From: Candidatus Latescibacterota bacterium
GTDB taxonomy: Bacteria; Latescibacterota; UBA2968; UBA8231
Direction of reading: 5' to 3'
Assembly (NCBI GenBank): GCA_965197905.1
Contig: CBDAOB010000003.1
Span: 704,001-768,000, forward strand
DNA: 64,000 bases
Made by a program: the position numbers and the translations under genes. This document shows, in pieces, positions 32,022 to 43,019 of this stretch; the stretch's first letter is position 1, and each line of letters opens with the position of its first letter. The notes below the pieces were generated by a model. The model saw only the letters and a list, made by a program, of their open reading frames with translations. It was not told the DNA's origin and did not search any database.

Positions 32022-33357
32022 GTGCCTTACGGTGCCACGGTCAGACGGCTGCACCGCGAGCGACAGGATCGCCTGACTGCCCGGCGCATGCAGCATCGCT
32101 TGGAGAGAAGGGCTCGTGCAGCTCCCAACCTTGCGCGGCGCCCTTTCGCGCTGCCCCGCGACACACGGCCCGAAACGCTGGTGGCGCTAGCTCCGGTAAG
32201 GAGGGTCGAAGCTCGAATCGCCCCGGAGAGCGACAGTCGGTGCCCGCTCCACGTGGTCGAACTGCTTTCGACCTGGAGCGGCGGCGAGACGGCGGTGGTC
32301 GCCGGCAAGGTTTTTGAGCTGCGGCGCCAACCCAAAACCTCAGGTTCGGTGCGAGGATATTCAGCCCGGCCCCTGGCGGACATCGCTGATCGACTGCAGC
32401 ACCTGGCCGATCGGGGAGCTGCGCGTTTGGAAGCCTGGGCGACGGGTCACGGAGGTGGTGATCCGGAGCTGGATCGCTACCTCCCACCTCCAGCCCCCGC
32501 TACGGCTGAAGCAATATCCGACTTCATAGCTAGCAAACTCGTGCCCCGGTTATCCGCCGTGAACGGTTCTGTGGAAGTGGTGGAAGAGCAGGAAGCCACC
32601 CACCCCACAGCCAAGGTGGGCGAGCGTTTCGCGAATGAACTCAGGTCCGACTTTGCACTGGTTGGCGACGCGCTGTACAAACTGGCACGTTTCTATGGAA
32701 AACCGGACGACCAGGAACTATATCTGGAGACACCCATGGGTCCATTCGTTGGTATGCGGGCCGAACCTCGGCAAGCGGCGTTGCATCGCTGCCAAACGCA
32801 GTTGGTCGAGGTCCTCCGCAGCGCCTTCAGCTCCAGGTCTCATACTAAGGAGCTCTACAGGTCGGGAGACCACTATGTGCTCAACACGCCGCGAGGCAGG
32901 TTCTACTATTGCCGCCATTGCCCGCCCTACGTTGTGGAAGCATCCGATGGACGACTCTATTATTTCGATGCAGTGCAGATCGGTATGCAGCTGACCCATC
33001 TCTGCTCGCGCGTTCTTATTTCGCGATCACGTTGTGCAAGCCCTGCACCCGTACGCCCATGTGTTCGTCCAGAATGCCTTCGGGGGCCGCATCGTCTGCA
33101 TGCCGCGGACACAGGAGTACTACGACCGTCTGCGTGACCTGCCACCCGAGGATGCACTGACAGAACACCTGGAGAATGCTCGCCTGACCTTGTGCGCCGG
33201 CTACTTACCCCACACCGCACCCTTTCATCCGATCGAAGAGGTGGGGCGCAAAACCATATCGGAAAATCGCGCACAGTCGCGCAACCTGCCGATCTACCGC
33301 TACGCTTCCAGAGCCGGATCTCATCGCTTCTCACACATCTTCGAGATGGATGAATAG
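32022..33357 (+). CDS. Hypothetical protein with a putative E2 (UBC-fold)-like C-terminal domain; one frameshift near 33020
   Basis: ORFs 32022-33137 and 33034-33357 join by removing one T; 'YAHVFVQNAFGGRIVC' resembles the E2 H-P-x-V...G-x-I-C signature. Confidence 0.5.
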
Positions 33358-34634
33358 GTACTCGCGGCAGGAAGCCATTGGGGGTTGGGATCAATCCAGG
33401 TTGGCAGACGCCTGTGTCGTCGTTGCGGGATCGGGCGCCGCCGCTTTGCTGACGGCCCTCGCTGCCGTAGCCATGGGATTCGGCTCTATCGAGCTTCTTA
33501 AGCTGCGAGGACGCACCAGAGAAAACGGTATGTTCAGCCGCCTGGTATCTGGCACTGGAAGGGCGTGGGTAGATTTCCTACGCCAGGTGAATCCGACTAT
33601 TCGCATTGCAGAGGTATCAACTGGCAACGCATCCTCCCTGCGACGAACCTTCAGTCGTGCAAGCTGCGTTGCGCTTGTCGGCAGCACCGCCATCGAAAAC
33701 CGTTTTCACAGCCTGCTCGAACGATGCCCGGGTGTCCCGATCATCCGCGGGTGGACCGGCTCCTCCGGCATGTGTTGGGGCCCGGTCACCGCTTCCGCCG
33801 TAGAGGCGAGCGATCGGGGAGATGGGGTTTCTGATCTTTTGCTGGCAGGTTTTGTGGTGGAGGAGCTGCGTCAGACGATTTTGCCGCTGCCAGGCGATCC
33901 CGATGATCTTGACTTGGTGAAGCGGAGCACCCTGGCACGGGCTCCCTTCGTGCGGTCGCCTCCGCCGTGTGGCCGGCTTTCGATGGTGGGGGCGGGCGCG
34001 CTTGGAACCTGGGTCAGCCTTGGGCTGGGCTTGGCTAATGCCGCCGTCGAGCTCCACATATTCGATGCGGACCATGTGGAGGAGAACAACCTCAATCGAC
34101 AGGTGCTCTACTTTGGCGCTGTGGGGAAACCGAAATCACTTACCCTGGCAAGGCGAATCGCCAGGTTGTTTCCTTCCGTAAAGGCCAGCGGCTACGCCCT
34201 CTTTCTCGAAGAGAGTACGATGAACTGGCTGCCGCCATCTGGTCAGCTGGTTGCCTGCCCGGATAACTACGCAGTCCGTGACGTCCTCAATGACTGCGCG
34301 GTAGCAGCAGGCCACAGCCTCGTATCCGGGATCCTGCACCACCTATCTACCGGGCGGATCTCCATGTCTGGATTGTCAAATCGGCATCAAGCAACTCGCG
34401 CACCGAGAAGCGGCTGGCAACAGCTGCATGAGGCTCGACCCATCCGTAGTGACCAGCAACGTCATAGTGGGCGGCCTCATGGCTTGGCAGATTGTCGAAC
34501 TGATGAACGGGAAACTACAACCTGGAGTCTGGGAATACGACGGGCGTGCATCCGGATCGAGGTTTGGGGTACACTCGCAGCGGCCGGCGTGCGAGTGCCA
34601 CGTGCGATCTCCTGGTACCGCCGTCTGCAAATGA
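33350..34634 (+). CDS. E1-like ThiF/MoeB protein with two tandem ThiF domains; frameshift or short deletion near 34330
   Basis: N-domain 'RYSRQ..IGGWDQSRL...VVVAGSG' is degenerate. C-domain has 'VGAGALG...D.DHVEENNLNRQ...VGKPK...CPDN', and the shifted frame continues 'PGGSPCLDC...NSC...PSVV...GGLMA...CECH'. Confidence 0.8.
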
Positions 34635-34912
34635 TCGTGTGCCGCAAGCGGCATACCGCCTTGCGTATCGAATAAAAGCAGTTTATGCCGCTATCTTTCG
34701 GATGCCATCACGCCATTGCCGCTCCGCGATCTTAGACGCAGCCTTCGAAGCTTTTGACCGAACCTGACACAACGCAACTCGCTTGTGTATCTGAAAGACC
34801 CTCGCTATCTTTGCGGCATCCTGTGTATCCAGAATTATCACAACTCCCTCTGTCGCATCACAGTTCCCCCGTCACGCATGACACTTTCATTCCATTCTAC
34901 GGAGGAGAAGAA

Positions 34913-35620
34913 ATGAAAAAAGTGTTCATTCTGTTGGCCCTGTGCGCCCTGGTTGGCGCCAATGGGGCCGATGCCCAAGCGATGCATTACGATCTCTACT
35001 ACGGCTTGCCCGGTGAGATGGGCACGCGCACGGTCGACGTCGGCCTTGCAGCCGCCGACATCAGCAGCATCGGTGACGTTGGCGATGTCAACGTCATGGG
35101 CAAGTATTCCGTCAGTGACAAACTCGAAGTCGGCGCCGTCGCCACACTCGGTTTCCTCAACGATTTTCGGGACGACCTCTCGACCGTTTCCGCCGGCGGC
35201 AAGTGGAGTCTGTCCGACATGGGTGCTTTGACCGCGACCGCCGCGATTCCGGTCGGCGACGTCGATGACCTAGGCATTTCTTTGGGAATCATGCACACCA
35301 GAGCGGTTAGCGGCATAACGATCAACCACCTGCTGGCGGTAGGTTTGCTGGATGGCTACACTGGTGGCACGGGTATCGCCATTGCTGCCTTGATTGAACC
35401 GACCAAAGAGCTCAATGAGAAGCTGATCGGCTATCTGGATGTGATAATTGGCACCAATACAGACAGCATTGGAGACAATCTGGCGATTGATTTGGGACCA
35501 AACGTCGATATCATGGTCAACGACATGATCACCGTCAATGCCGGTGTCACCCTCGGCATCGCGGGCGATCTGAAGCAGGACGACCTGGGCATAGTGGCGA
35601 CTGCCATTATCGGCCTGTAA
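34913..35620 (+). CDS. Hypothetical exported protein, probable outer-membrane beta-barrel
   Basis: GGAGG RBS; signal peptide MKKVFILLALCALVG..ADAQ; alternating beta-strand pattern. Confidence 0.65.
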   Translation: MKKVFILLALCALVGANGADAQAMHYDLYYGLPGEMGTRTVDVGLAAADISSIGDVGDVNVMGKYSVSDKLEVGAVATLGFLNDFRDDLSTVSAGGKWSLSDMGALTATAAIPVGDVDDLGISLGIMHTRAVSGITINHLLAVGLLDGYTGGTGIAIAALIEPTKELNEKLIGYLDVIIGTNTDSIGDNLAIDLGPNVDIMVNDMITVNAGVTLGIAGDLKQDDLGIVATAIIGL

Positions 35621-35642
35621 CAACGATTTAGATTCCGCTCAG

Positions 35643-35680
35643 AGAAAACGGGTTCGATCGCATGATCGAGCCCGTTTTCT
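35643..35680. terminator. Bidirectional intrinsic terminator
   Basis: AGAAAACGGGTTCGATC-GCAT-GATCGAGCCCGTTTTCT between convergent genes. Confidence 0.8.
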
Positions 35681-35710
35681 TCGTTCTGCTAGTAGGCGAG
35701 CTGTCGCTCT

Positions 35711-37315
35711 CTATTGGCAGTTCGCCGCCAATCTTTCCTGACGCATCCAGCGCTCCAGTATGTTGCGCGAGCGCATGAGCAGGCGGTAGTACCGATTCTC
35801 CACGGCCGCTTTGCCCCGCGAGCGTCTGCCGTTCGGCACCAGGTTGAAACGGCCGCGAACCTGGGTAATGATACGCGCTCGCGGATCCACAGCGATGGTT
35901 AGAATTCGTTCCAGTGGCTTGCCGTCTTCTCGGGCGCTCAACGACCAGATGGATGTGCTCCGCATGCGGCAGCTCTTGGCGTAGGACATGATGCAATGGT
36001 GCATATGTTGGCCCTCCGCCACCAGCTCGCGATTGCTAAGTAGCTCGCTAACCGTCCACCTGCAGCTTCGGCCGCCGCTGCTCCTGTCGATCTCTTCGAG
36101 AGAGAATTCACCCACCTCTGAATGCTCCCACACCATGAGGCGATGCCACTTCTTCTTGCTGCGTTTGAGGTCGAGCGGCGGTTCCTCGGGGTGCACCTGA
36201 TTGGCGAGCTCTTCGTGCCAATCATCCATCTGCCGCAGAAGCTTGCTAACGCTGCGCCCGCCCATGGAAAAGTTGGGTTGAGGCGGTTCTTCCGTTTCGA
36301 TATGCCCACCCGGACGCACGACTTGGCGCGATGCGAACTTCTGGTTGTGGATGTAATCGACCATGGGACCAACCTGGGCGGGATCCAACATCGGATTGCG
36401 GGCGAAGAAGATGATGACCGTCGCCCAGAACTCCTCGTTGTCGAAACAGGAGCCGAGACGAGAACCGATGACGGCCCCGGCCTGGTGTTCATTACCTCCT
36501 TGTCCCACCAACTGTCCCCATCGTAAGGCTTGGGCGACAGTGACATCACAAGGCGCCCGTAGGAATTCATGGGCCATCTTCTTGGTCAATCGCACCGGAG
36601 TGTCGGCCGTGCGAATATTGCCGCCGCGACCAACGTGGAGGAACCAATCCTGTTCCCGTTGAGTTGCCGTAGTGGCGCCCTGCAGCCAGGCGGCGTCCAT
36701 GAAGGCGGGGACGTCGTACTCCGCCGCCAGGTGTTGAACGAGACTTCTGAACTGACGTCGAGGATTGTGGATGTCGGGATTCCATCTCTCAACCGGCCGA
36801 ATCCAATCGGCGTGACGGCGAGCAAGCGCGGTCATACCCTCGATGTAGGTATTGCCCTCGATCTCACCCAGCTGTTCCAATGCCGGTCGCAGATCGAAGA
36901 GATCGCCTACTCGTTCAACCCTGGCAAATAGCCGGAACAGCGCGTGGCGCTCGGGACCATGGCCGATATGGTTGAACTGGCTGCGGATGCGGTAGAGGTA
37001 TGGGAGCCCCAGGCGACCCTTGTGGCCGGAGTGTTCATAGAGCTCTTTGATGGCATTTCCCGGTCGCCTGCTGTTGCGCCGCTTCGCGGCGAGAATCGTG
37101 TCCCCGGCTATGCGGTTCGCGAGCCGTCGTTCGTTCTCAATCTGACGATCGCTCTTGGCGATGCCGTTTCCAAGTCCCCGACGCTGGCACCAGGCCCGGT
37201 ACTCCTTTTCGGATTGGAGACCGAGCTTCTTGTAATGGCGTCTGATGTGCGCGCGGTTGTTGGCGCGTTCAATCTCCTGACTGTTCGATCTTCGCCGTCG
37301 CCGCTTGTGTGCCAT
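35711..37315 (-). CDS. PcfJ domain-containing protein (paralogue 1)
   Basis: C-terminal 'ELVAEGQHMHHCIMSY...SIWSL...LTIAV...QVRGRFN'. Confidence 0.8.
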   Translation of the reverse strand: MAHKRRRRRSNSQEIERANNRAHIRRHYKKLGLQSEKEYRAWCQRRGLGNGIAKSDRQIENERRLANRIAGDTILAAKRRNSRRPGNAIKELYEHSGHKGRLGLPYLYRIRSQFNHIGHGPERHALFRLFARVERVGDLFDLRPALEQLGEIEGNTYIEGMTALARRHADWIRPVERWNPDIHNPRRQFRSLVQHLAAEYDVPAFMDAAWLQGATTATQREQDWFLHVGRGGNIRTADTPVRLTKKMAHEFLRAPCDVTVAQALRWGQLVGQGGNEHQAGAVIGSRLGSCFDNEEFWATVIIFFARNPMLDPAQVGPMVDYIHNQKFASRQVVRPGGHIETEEPPQPNFSMGGRSVSKLLRQMDDWHEELANQVHPEEPPLDLKRSKKKWHRLMVWEHSEVGEFSLEEIDRSSGGRSCRWTVSELLSNRELVAEGQHMHHCIMSYAKSCRMRSTSIWSLSAREDGKPLERILTIAVDPRARIITQVRGRFNLVPNGRRSRGKAAVENRYYRLLMRSRNILERWMRQERLAANCQ

Positions 37316-37321
37316 CTTGCT

Positions 37322-38386
37322 CTACCTCGTTTTCAGATAGATCGAGATCCTGCGCAACCCTTCTTCGATCGACTCCAGATCCAACGCGTAGGAGAGCCGC
37401 ACCCGCTGCGGCGCCCCGAACCATTCTCCAAGGTAGGTGATCACCTTGTGGTTTTGGTACAGATCCCAGACGAAATCCCGGGGTGATTCGATCTTTGGCA
37501 TCACGTAGAACGCCCCTTCCGGTTTCCACAGCTCCAGCCCAAGGTCCTGCAGCCCTTGATAAATGCGATCGCGACGTTGGCGCCAGACTACCAGTTGCTC
37601 CTCGATGAAGCTGGCAGGCACACCAATGGCGGCCAGTGCCATCTCCTGACCGAGGATGTTGGTATTCATGGAGGTATGGGTCTTCATGGCGATGACGTTT
37701 TCTACCAACACCTGATCCAGGGACCACAGGTAACCCACACGAAAGCCGCACATAGCGTAGGTCTTGGAGAAGGAATTGATCGTCACAACGTGGGGCCCGT
37801 TGAGCAGGTAGTTCTCGCGCACATAGATGAGGTCTTTGTAGACCTCGTCGGAGAGCACATACACCCCTCGTTCGCTGGTTAGGCGCTCGACTGTCTTCAA
37901 GGTTTCGATCGCTTCGACGCGGCCGGTGGGATTACAGGGGGAATTGATGATCACTGCCTTGCATTCGCCGACCTTGGCCGCAAAGTCGTCCACGTCGATA
38001 AGCCCATCGACGGTTTCAGTATATAGAGGTTCCAAACCGGCAAATCTCACCATGTGTGGGTAGGAATAATAGTAGGGGCGTGTAACGAGGACCTTATTCC
38101 GATCACCGGGCATGTTGGCGATCGCCCGCAACGCCAGGTCGAGCGCCTCGGAGGCGCCATTGGTCACGACAAAACTCTCGGCCGTGGAATCGGGATACTG
38201 GCGCGCCAGGGCCTGGCGCAGCTCGTCCATTCCCTGAATCAGTCCGTACTTGAAGTCGCGGTAGTTTGGGAGAATCTTGTATGCTTCCGGTGGGGGCGGC
38301 AAATCGGGCTGCCCCGATCCGAAGGAAATAATGTCGTCGCCCTGGACCCCGATGAAAAGGGAGGGCGAGAGTTCGTCTTTACCCAT
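37322..38386 (-). CDS. PLP-dependent aminotransferase class I/II
   Basis: 'GQPD...TNGASEAL...NSPCNPTG...SDEVY...SFSKTYAMCGFRVG'. Confidence 0.92.
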   Translation of the reverse strand: MGKDELSPSLFIGVQGDDIISFGSGQPDLPPPPEAYKILPNYRDFKYGLIQGMDELRQALARQYPDSTAESFVVTNGASEALDLALRAIANMPGDRNKVLVTRPYYYSYPHMVRFAGLEPLYTETVDGLIDVDDFAAKVGECKAVIINSPCNPTGRVEAIETLKTVERLTSERGVYVLSDEVYKDLIYVRENYLLNGPHVVTINSFSKTYAMCGFRVGYLWSLDQVLVENVIAMKTHTSMNTNILGQEMALAAIGVPASFIEEQLVVWRQRRDRIYQGLQDLGLELWKPEGAFYVMPKIESPRDFVWDLYQNHKVITYLGEWFGAPQRVRLSYALDLESIEEGLRRISIYLKTR

Positions 38387-38804
38387 GTTGTGCTGCAGAC
38401 CTTTCTGTCTTTGCAAAGGTACTCGTCGCAACGAATTTCGTCACGGGAATCTGCGACCGATCATTCATTGTGGCACGATTGATTTCAATTGCCAGGCGTC
38501 TAGTTTCTGGTTCGTGGGTAACACCGTTCGATCAATCTGATGGTGTTGGCCGCGCAGGGATCCGATATTGCTGGTAGGCTCGATTCCCAGAGATGGAGCG
38601 TGTTGTGCGCCGCCCACCAGATTTGGCTTCATCTCAATTCTAAAATCGATCGTTGATAGTCACAAGATCGGCTCTGCGAACCGCGCGACCTTGCAGCTCC
38701 TCTGCACCAAGCCCGGCTAACCGCCAGAATCCGCTTGTGATACCTAGCCTGGGATATTATTCTGGTACAGATTGTGACGCTGGATAAATTTTCGGAGGAC
38801 CACT

Positions 38805-39819
38805 ATGTCCGAGCGAGTCGACGACACCCAAACTGCGCCGGATGCGACATCGTGCAGCTACACGCGCAGCGACGGTAGCCGTTGCCCTGGAGAGATCGTA
38901 GATACCGAGACCAACCTCTGTTTCTGGCACGATAGCTCCAGCCCCAAGGAAGGGCCCCAGGTACGGGTGCAGCTGGAGGAATGGGCGGAGAGCGGACGTT
39001 CGATGGAAGGTTTCGAGCTACGCTATGCCTCCCTAGAAGGACTCAAGCTCAGCAACAAACCGAACCGCGACCTGCGCAAGGCCAACTTGTTTCGCGCCAG
39101 TTTGCAGGGGGCTAGCCTGTTCAACGTCGACCTGCGCGGTGCCGAGCTGATGAAAGCAAATCTCGCCGGCGCCAACATGAACGAAACGAAAATGCAGGAT
39201 GTGAACCTCCTGGGCGCTACCCTGGACGCAACACGTCTCGAGCATGTGGAATGGAGCGATCTTTGCCTTAACGAACGGCAGGCGCTCGATGCGCGGCGCG
39301 CGGGCGACGAGGAGGACGCTCTGCAGAAGTTGAAGGAAGCTCAAGAGGTGTATCGCGCTCTACGCCGGGCGTACGGGAGCACAGTCTGAGCCGATACAGG
39401 CAGGTGTTTTTTTTCGGCGTGAGATGATTATGCGCCGCTGGCAGATGCCGCGGTGGTCGGGCGGCCGTCTCTGGTCTTGGATCGTGGACGCCTCTTGTGC
39501 CTACGGCGAGAGCCCGCCGCGGGTGATCGTGTCGTCTCTCGTTCTCAACATCGTGTGTGCGGTGGGTTATTTCTTCGCGGGTATCAACGGACCTGAAGGC
39601 CTAGCGGTATTCGATCCCGGTGCGGGGCTCAAGGCCAACGTCATTGCCTTCTTCGAATGCATCTACTACAGCGTCGTTACCTTCACCACCTTGGGATACA
39701 GCGATGAAGCGCGTCAGATCTGGATCGTTCGACCCCTGGCGTCGGCGCAGGCATTCATCGGCGCTTTTATGATGGCGCTGTTCGTGGTCACCTTTGGCAA
39801 GAGGATGACGCGAAGCTGA
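38805..39819 (+). CDS. Pentapeptide-repeat protein with C-terminal ion-channel (pore-loop) domain; one frameshift near 39376
   Basis: Pentapeptide repeats of the 'ANLFR/ASLQG' type; 'YGESP.RV' and 'YYSVVTFTTLGYSD'; the two ORFs join at the GGG at 39375-39377. Confidence 0.8.
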
Positions 39820-39844
39820 GCCGCACCATTAGACTGGTAATCGG

Positions 39845-40576
39845 TTAGCCGCCGAAGTCATACGCCACACCCACTCCCCATTGGAAATAGAACTCCTCGT
39901 CGGCGGGATCCCAAAGAAATCCGAATCCCGGATCGAGCAACACGCCGAGCTCCGGATGGAAAGAAATATCGCTCCATTTGGGCGTCAGGCGTGCCCCCAG
40001 GTTCAATGCCCAGAAATCGTCCGCCCCCTGCTTCACAAACCAGATGCCTTTGAGCGCAAGATTGAGTTCAGCGAGTTCGTTGATACGCTCGCTGGCCAGG
40101 AGGGTAGGATGCAATTGGTAGGAATCCCCGCGATCGATTCCGTCACCGAAGAAGAATCCGATCGGAAGGGAAAACGACAGTCGTTCCCGAGCGATACCTA
40201 CCTTGGGATCGATGGCGATAAACTGATAACCGTCCCCGATGCCGATACGACTGCACTTGATTCCCAAATCCAGCCTGGAACTCACTCCGTGCCGCACCTG
40301 AAGGTCAGCAACGGACCACAGATCGTCATACCTTCCGTCTGCTACGAACGCTTGACGGCTGATGCTTGGAGTTATCGATGTTTGTCCCGCATCCAATAAC
40401 CGGGCAGACTGAAACGTCGAAAACGAATAGCACCCCGAAATCGAGATCGAACCAATCAGGAGTACCGCCTTCGACGCCAGCCGCGGGAAGCAGCCGGCGC
40501 GCCGTTGCGGTGATTGGGAGCCAACCGCCCCGTCCACGTCTCGCGTTTGCAGCGATCGTCCACCAACCAGCGTCAT
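39845..40576 (-). CDS. Hypothetical outer-membrane protein/lipoprotein
   Basis: 'SISGC' lipobox-like sequence, beta-strand pattern, C-terminal 'FQWGVGVAYDF'; start uncertain. Confidence 0.55.
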   Translation of the reverse strand: MTLVGGRSLQTRDVDGAVGSQSPQRRAGCFPRLASKAVLLIGSISISGCYSFSTFQSARLLDAGQTSITPSISRQAFVADGRYDDLWSVADLQVRHGVSSRLDLGIKCSRIGIGDGYQFIAIDPKVGIARERLSFSLPIGFFFGDGIDRGDSYQLHPTLLASERINELAELNLALKGIWFVKQGADDFWALNLGARLTPKWSDISFHPELGVLLDPGFGFLWDPADEEFYFQWGVGVAYDFGG

Positions 40577-41313
40577 GATACTGCAGCCAGTCCAAGGTCG
40601 CAGAGTTCGGCTACTGGACCTTCGGACCAGCCGATCCAGCCGCGCAAGGTCGCGGTTTCGCCCGGTGCAACGTGCAAGGCATCCGGTCCTCCGTGAATGC
40701 AGTTGACCCCCGGATCCGAATTGCCGCTGTATTCGCTGTGCGTCTCCCAAGCGATTGCTGTGGCGCCACCGCTGCGCGCTTCAACGGCGATGACCGCGGG
40801 ACCGCGTTCCTTGTCTGGCATACTCATACCGCATCTCAGGGTGGGGTGGTGATGTTCGTGGCACTCGGGTGGAATACCGTCCTTAGCAATGTTGGCCAGG
40901 CGTCCATCCGCCCACGCGTAAGTGCGTTCGCCCTCCGGGTCACGGAAGTCTTCAGCCGCCGCCATCTGATAGCAGGTGCCGATGCCCGCTCGCTCCCACG
41001 TCAGACCGCTTTTGTTGTGCAGCTCGTATTGCAGCTCGAGATCATCGTCCCGAATGCGCGCCCACGCGGTCAATGCAGCATTCTCATTGTCGAAGGCCAG
41101 ACAACGGAAGGTGGCGCCACCATCCTCGACGGACCAGGTCTGAGGCCCCTCTTTGGCCTGACTGTAGAGGGCAACTCCATCCGTTCCCGAACCCTCCGGG
41201 AGCCAGAGGCGAAACACCTGCCGCGGAAACAATGAGGTGGAGATGTGTAGTACGGTCATCTTTTGGGCGTAGAACCGGATGGGAATTGTTTTTGGGTCGA
41301 TCGTGATCTGCAT
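40573..41313 (-). CDS. Hypothetical protein
   Basis: 246-aa ORF with globular composition; ATGA overlap with the next gene. Confidence 0.6.
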   Translation of the reverse strand: MQITIDPKTIPIRFYAQKMTVLHISTSLFPRQVFRLWLPEGSGTDGVALYSQAKEGPQTWSVEDGGATFRCLAFDNENAALTAWARIRDDDLELQYELHNKSGLTWERAGIGTCYQMAAAEDFRDPEGERTYAWADGRLANIAKDGIPPECHEHHHPTLRCGMSMPDKERGPAVIAVEARSGGATAIAWETHSEYSGNSDPGVNCIHGGPDALHVAPGETATLRGWIGWSEGPVAELCDLGLAAVS

Positions 41314-41459
41314 GTGGCGCTATCCCTGTTGGAAGATTACTGACCGGTCGCGTCAACCATCACAATATATGCCACCGTCCTTGAGTTCAAGATTCGGCTC
41401 AAAGAAACGTGTCGGGTATTGGCCCCCTACGGGAAGTAGGTCGCGTCGTTTGAGATACA

Positions 41460-43007
41460 TTGACCTTGATAGGGCGACGGTGTAGGTTGGCCGGCGTGGC
41501 CACACCTTCCGCAAAATGGTTCTCCTTTGGGGATCTGCTGGCGGGCATCAGTGTCGCGTTTGTCGTTATACCCCAGTCAATCGCCTACGCCGAATTGGCC
41601 GGCATGCCGCCGTACACTGGGCTGTTGGCCGCCGCCCTGCCCTCCATCGCCGCCTCTTTTTTCGTCTCCTCACCCTATCTGCAAACCGGACCGGTTGCCC
41701 TTACTTCGCTGCTGACGTTTGGAGTTCTCACCCAGCTTGCGACCCCTGGGACGACCGAGTACATCTCGCTGGCGGCCAGCCTTGCGTTGGTGGTCGGCGT
41801 CTTCCGGATCGCCATCGGCTTGCTCCGCCTGGGTCAGATCGCTTTTCTGATCTCCCAGCCCGTCCTCCAGGGTTTCACCACCGCCGCCGCTCTTTTGATT
41901 ATCTGTGCACAGCTGCCCAAGACCCTGGGGATGCACAGCGGTAGTCGCGGTGTGATCGAGGGGGCGCTTTTCAGCCTCAGTCGACCCCTGGAGTGGTTCG
42001 CGCCAGCCGCCGTTGTAGCTTTGGCCTCGGTCCTAATCATCGTATTGGGGCGGAAGATCCACCGAATCTTCCCGGGCACCCTGGTAGCGGTGGTTCTCGG
42101 ACTCGCCCTCTCGGCTTGGTTGCCCTACGAAGGAGCCGTGGTGGGTGAGATACCAGCCGCCTTCCCGTCTCTCTCGTTGCAGTTGCCGTGGTCCAGTTTG
42201 CCAGGCATCGTATTGGGGGGATTGATCATTGCCCTCGTGGGTTTCGCGGAGCCGGCTTCAATAGCCCGGCGTTATGCCATTCTGGACAAGCTGCCATGGA
42301 GCTCGAACCGGGAGTTCATTGGCCAGGGGGTCGCCAATGTCACCTCCGGCCTGATCGGTGGGTTTCCGGTCGGCGGGTCATTCTCGCGCACCTCCATCAA
42401 TAGGTTGGCCGGCGCCAGAAGCCGCGTCAGCGGCCTCGTCACCGGATGCGCGGTTCTCGCCTTCACTCCCTTCTGCCATGTTCTGGCACAACTGCCAACC
42501 GCCGTGTTGGGTGCGGTGGTCATCGCCGCCGTGCTGAATCTGATGAACTTCAAGGAGCTCTGGCATCTCCAGGTCTACTCCAAACCGCAAGCGATCATCG
42601 GTTGGCTCACCTTCGTGTCCTGTGTGGCCCTGGCGCCGCGGATTGATATCGCCATTCTCCTCGGTATCGGGGTTGCTGTCGGCCACCACTTGCGGCGCGA
42701 GCAACAACTGATCATCGACAGCTGGGTGTACGACAACGCTATTCACATCAAACCGAAGGGCGTGCTCTGGTTCGGATCGATCGCAAACTTCGAGGTAGAG
42801 TTTCGGCATCTTCTCAACGTCAACAGGGAAGCTGACCGTGTGGTCGTACAGCTTGAAGGGCTGGGTCGAATCGACTTGAGCGCGGCAATCAGTCTCTCGC
42901 ATCTCGTGCAGGACGCGGAGCAAATCGGGTTGGAGGTGAGCCTGGAGAACGTCCCACCGATGGCGAAAGCATGGACCGAGCGCCTGTGGAATCAGCCGCT
43001 CAAATAG
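41460..43007 (+). CDS. SulP family anion transporter with STAS domain
   Basis: 'DLLAGISVAFVVIPQSIAYAELAG...TGP...GGSFSRT' plus a C-terminal STAS-like region. Confidence 0.92.
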   Translation: MTLIGRRCRLAGVATPSAKWFSFGDLLAGISVAFVVIPQSIAYAELAGMPPYTGLLAAALPSIAASFFVSSPYLQTGPVALTSLLTFGVLTQLATPGTTEYISLAASLALVVGVFRIAIGLLRLGQIAFLISQPVLQGFTTAAALLIICAQLPKTLGMHSGSRGVIEGALFSLSRPLEWFAPAAVVALASVLIIVLGRKIHRIFPGTLVAVVLGLALSAWLPYEGAVVGEIPAAFPSLSLQLPWSSLPGIVLGGLIIALVGFAEPASIARRYAILDKLPWSSNREFIGQGVANVTSGLIGGFPVGGSFSRTSINRLAGARSRVSGLVTGCAVLAFTPFCHVLAQLPTAVLGAVVIAAVLNLMNFKELWHLQVYSKPQAIIGWLTFVSCVALAPRIDIAILLGIGVAVGHHLRREQQLIIDSWVYDNAIHIKPKGVLWFGSIANFEVEFRHLLNVNREADRVVVQLEGLGRIDLSAAISLSHLVQDAEQIGLEVSLENVPPMAKAWTERLWNQPLK

Positions 43008-43019
43008 TGAGGGAAACCT

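Noticed and set aside
31729..34634. ThiS/MoaD-ThiF/MoeB cofactor biosynthesis genes
   Set aside because: No thi or moa genes nearby; the E1 has tandem ThiF domains and a large intervening gene. Disfavoured rather than excluded.
39407..39414. T8 tract as phase-variation switch
   Set aside because: The tract is already in the downstream reading frame (GVFFRRE); the break maps to GGG at 39375-39377.
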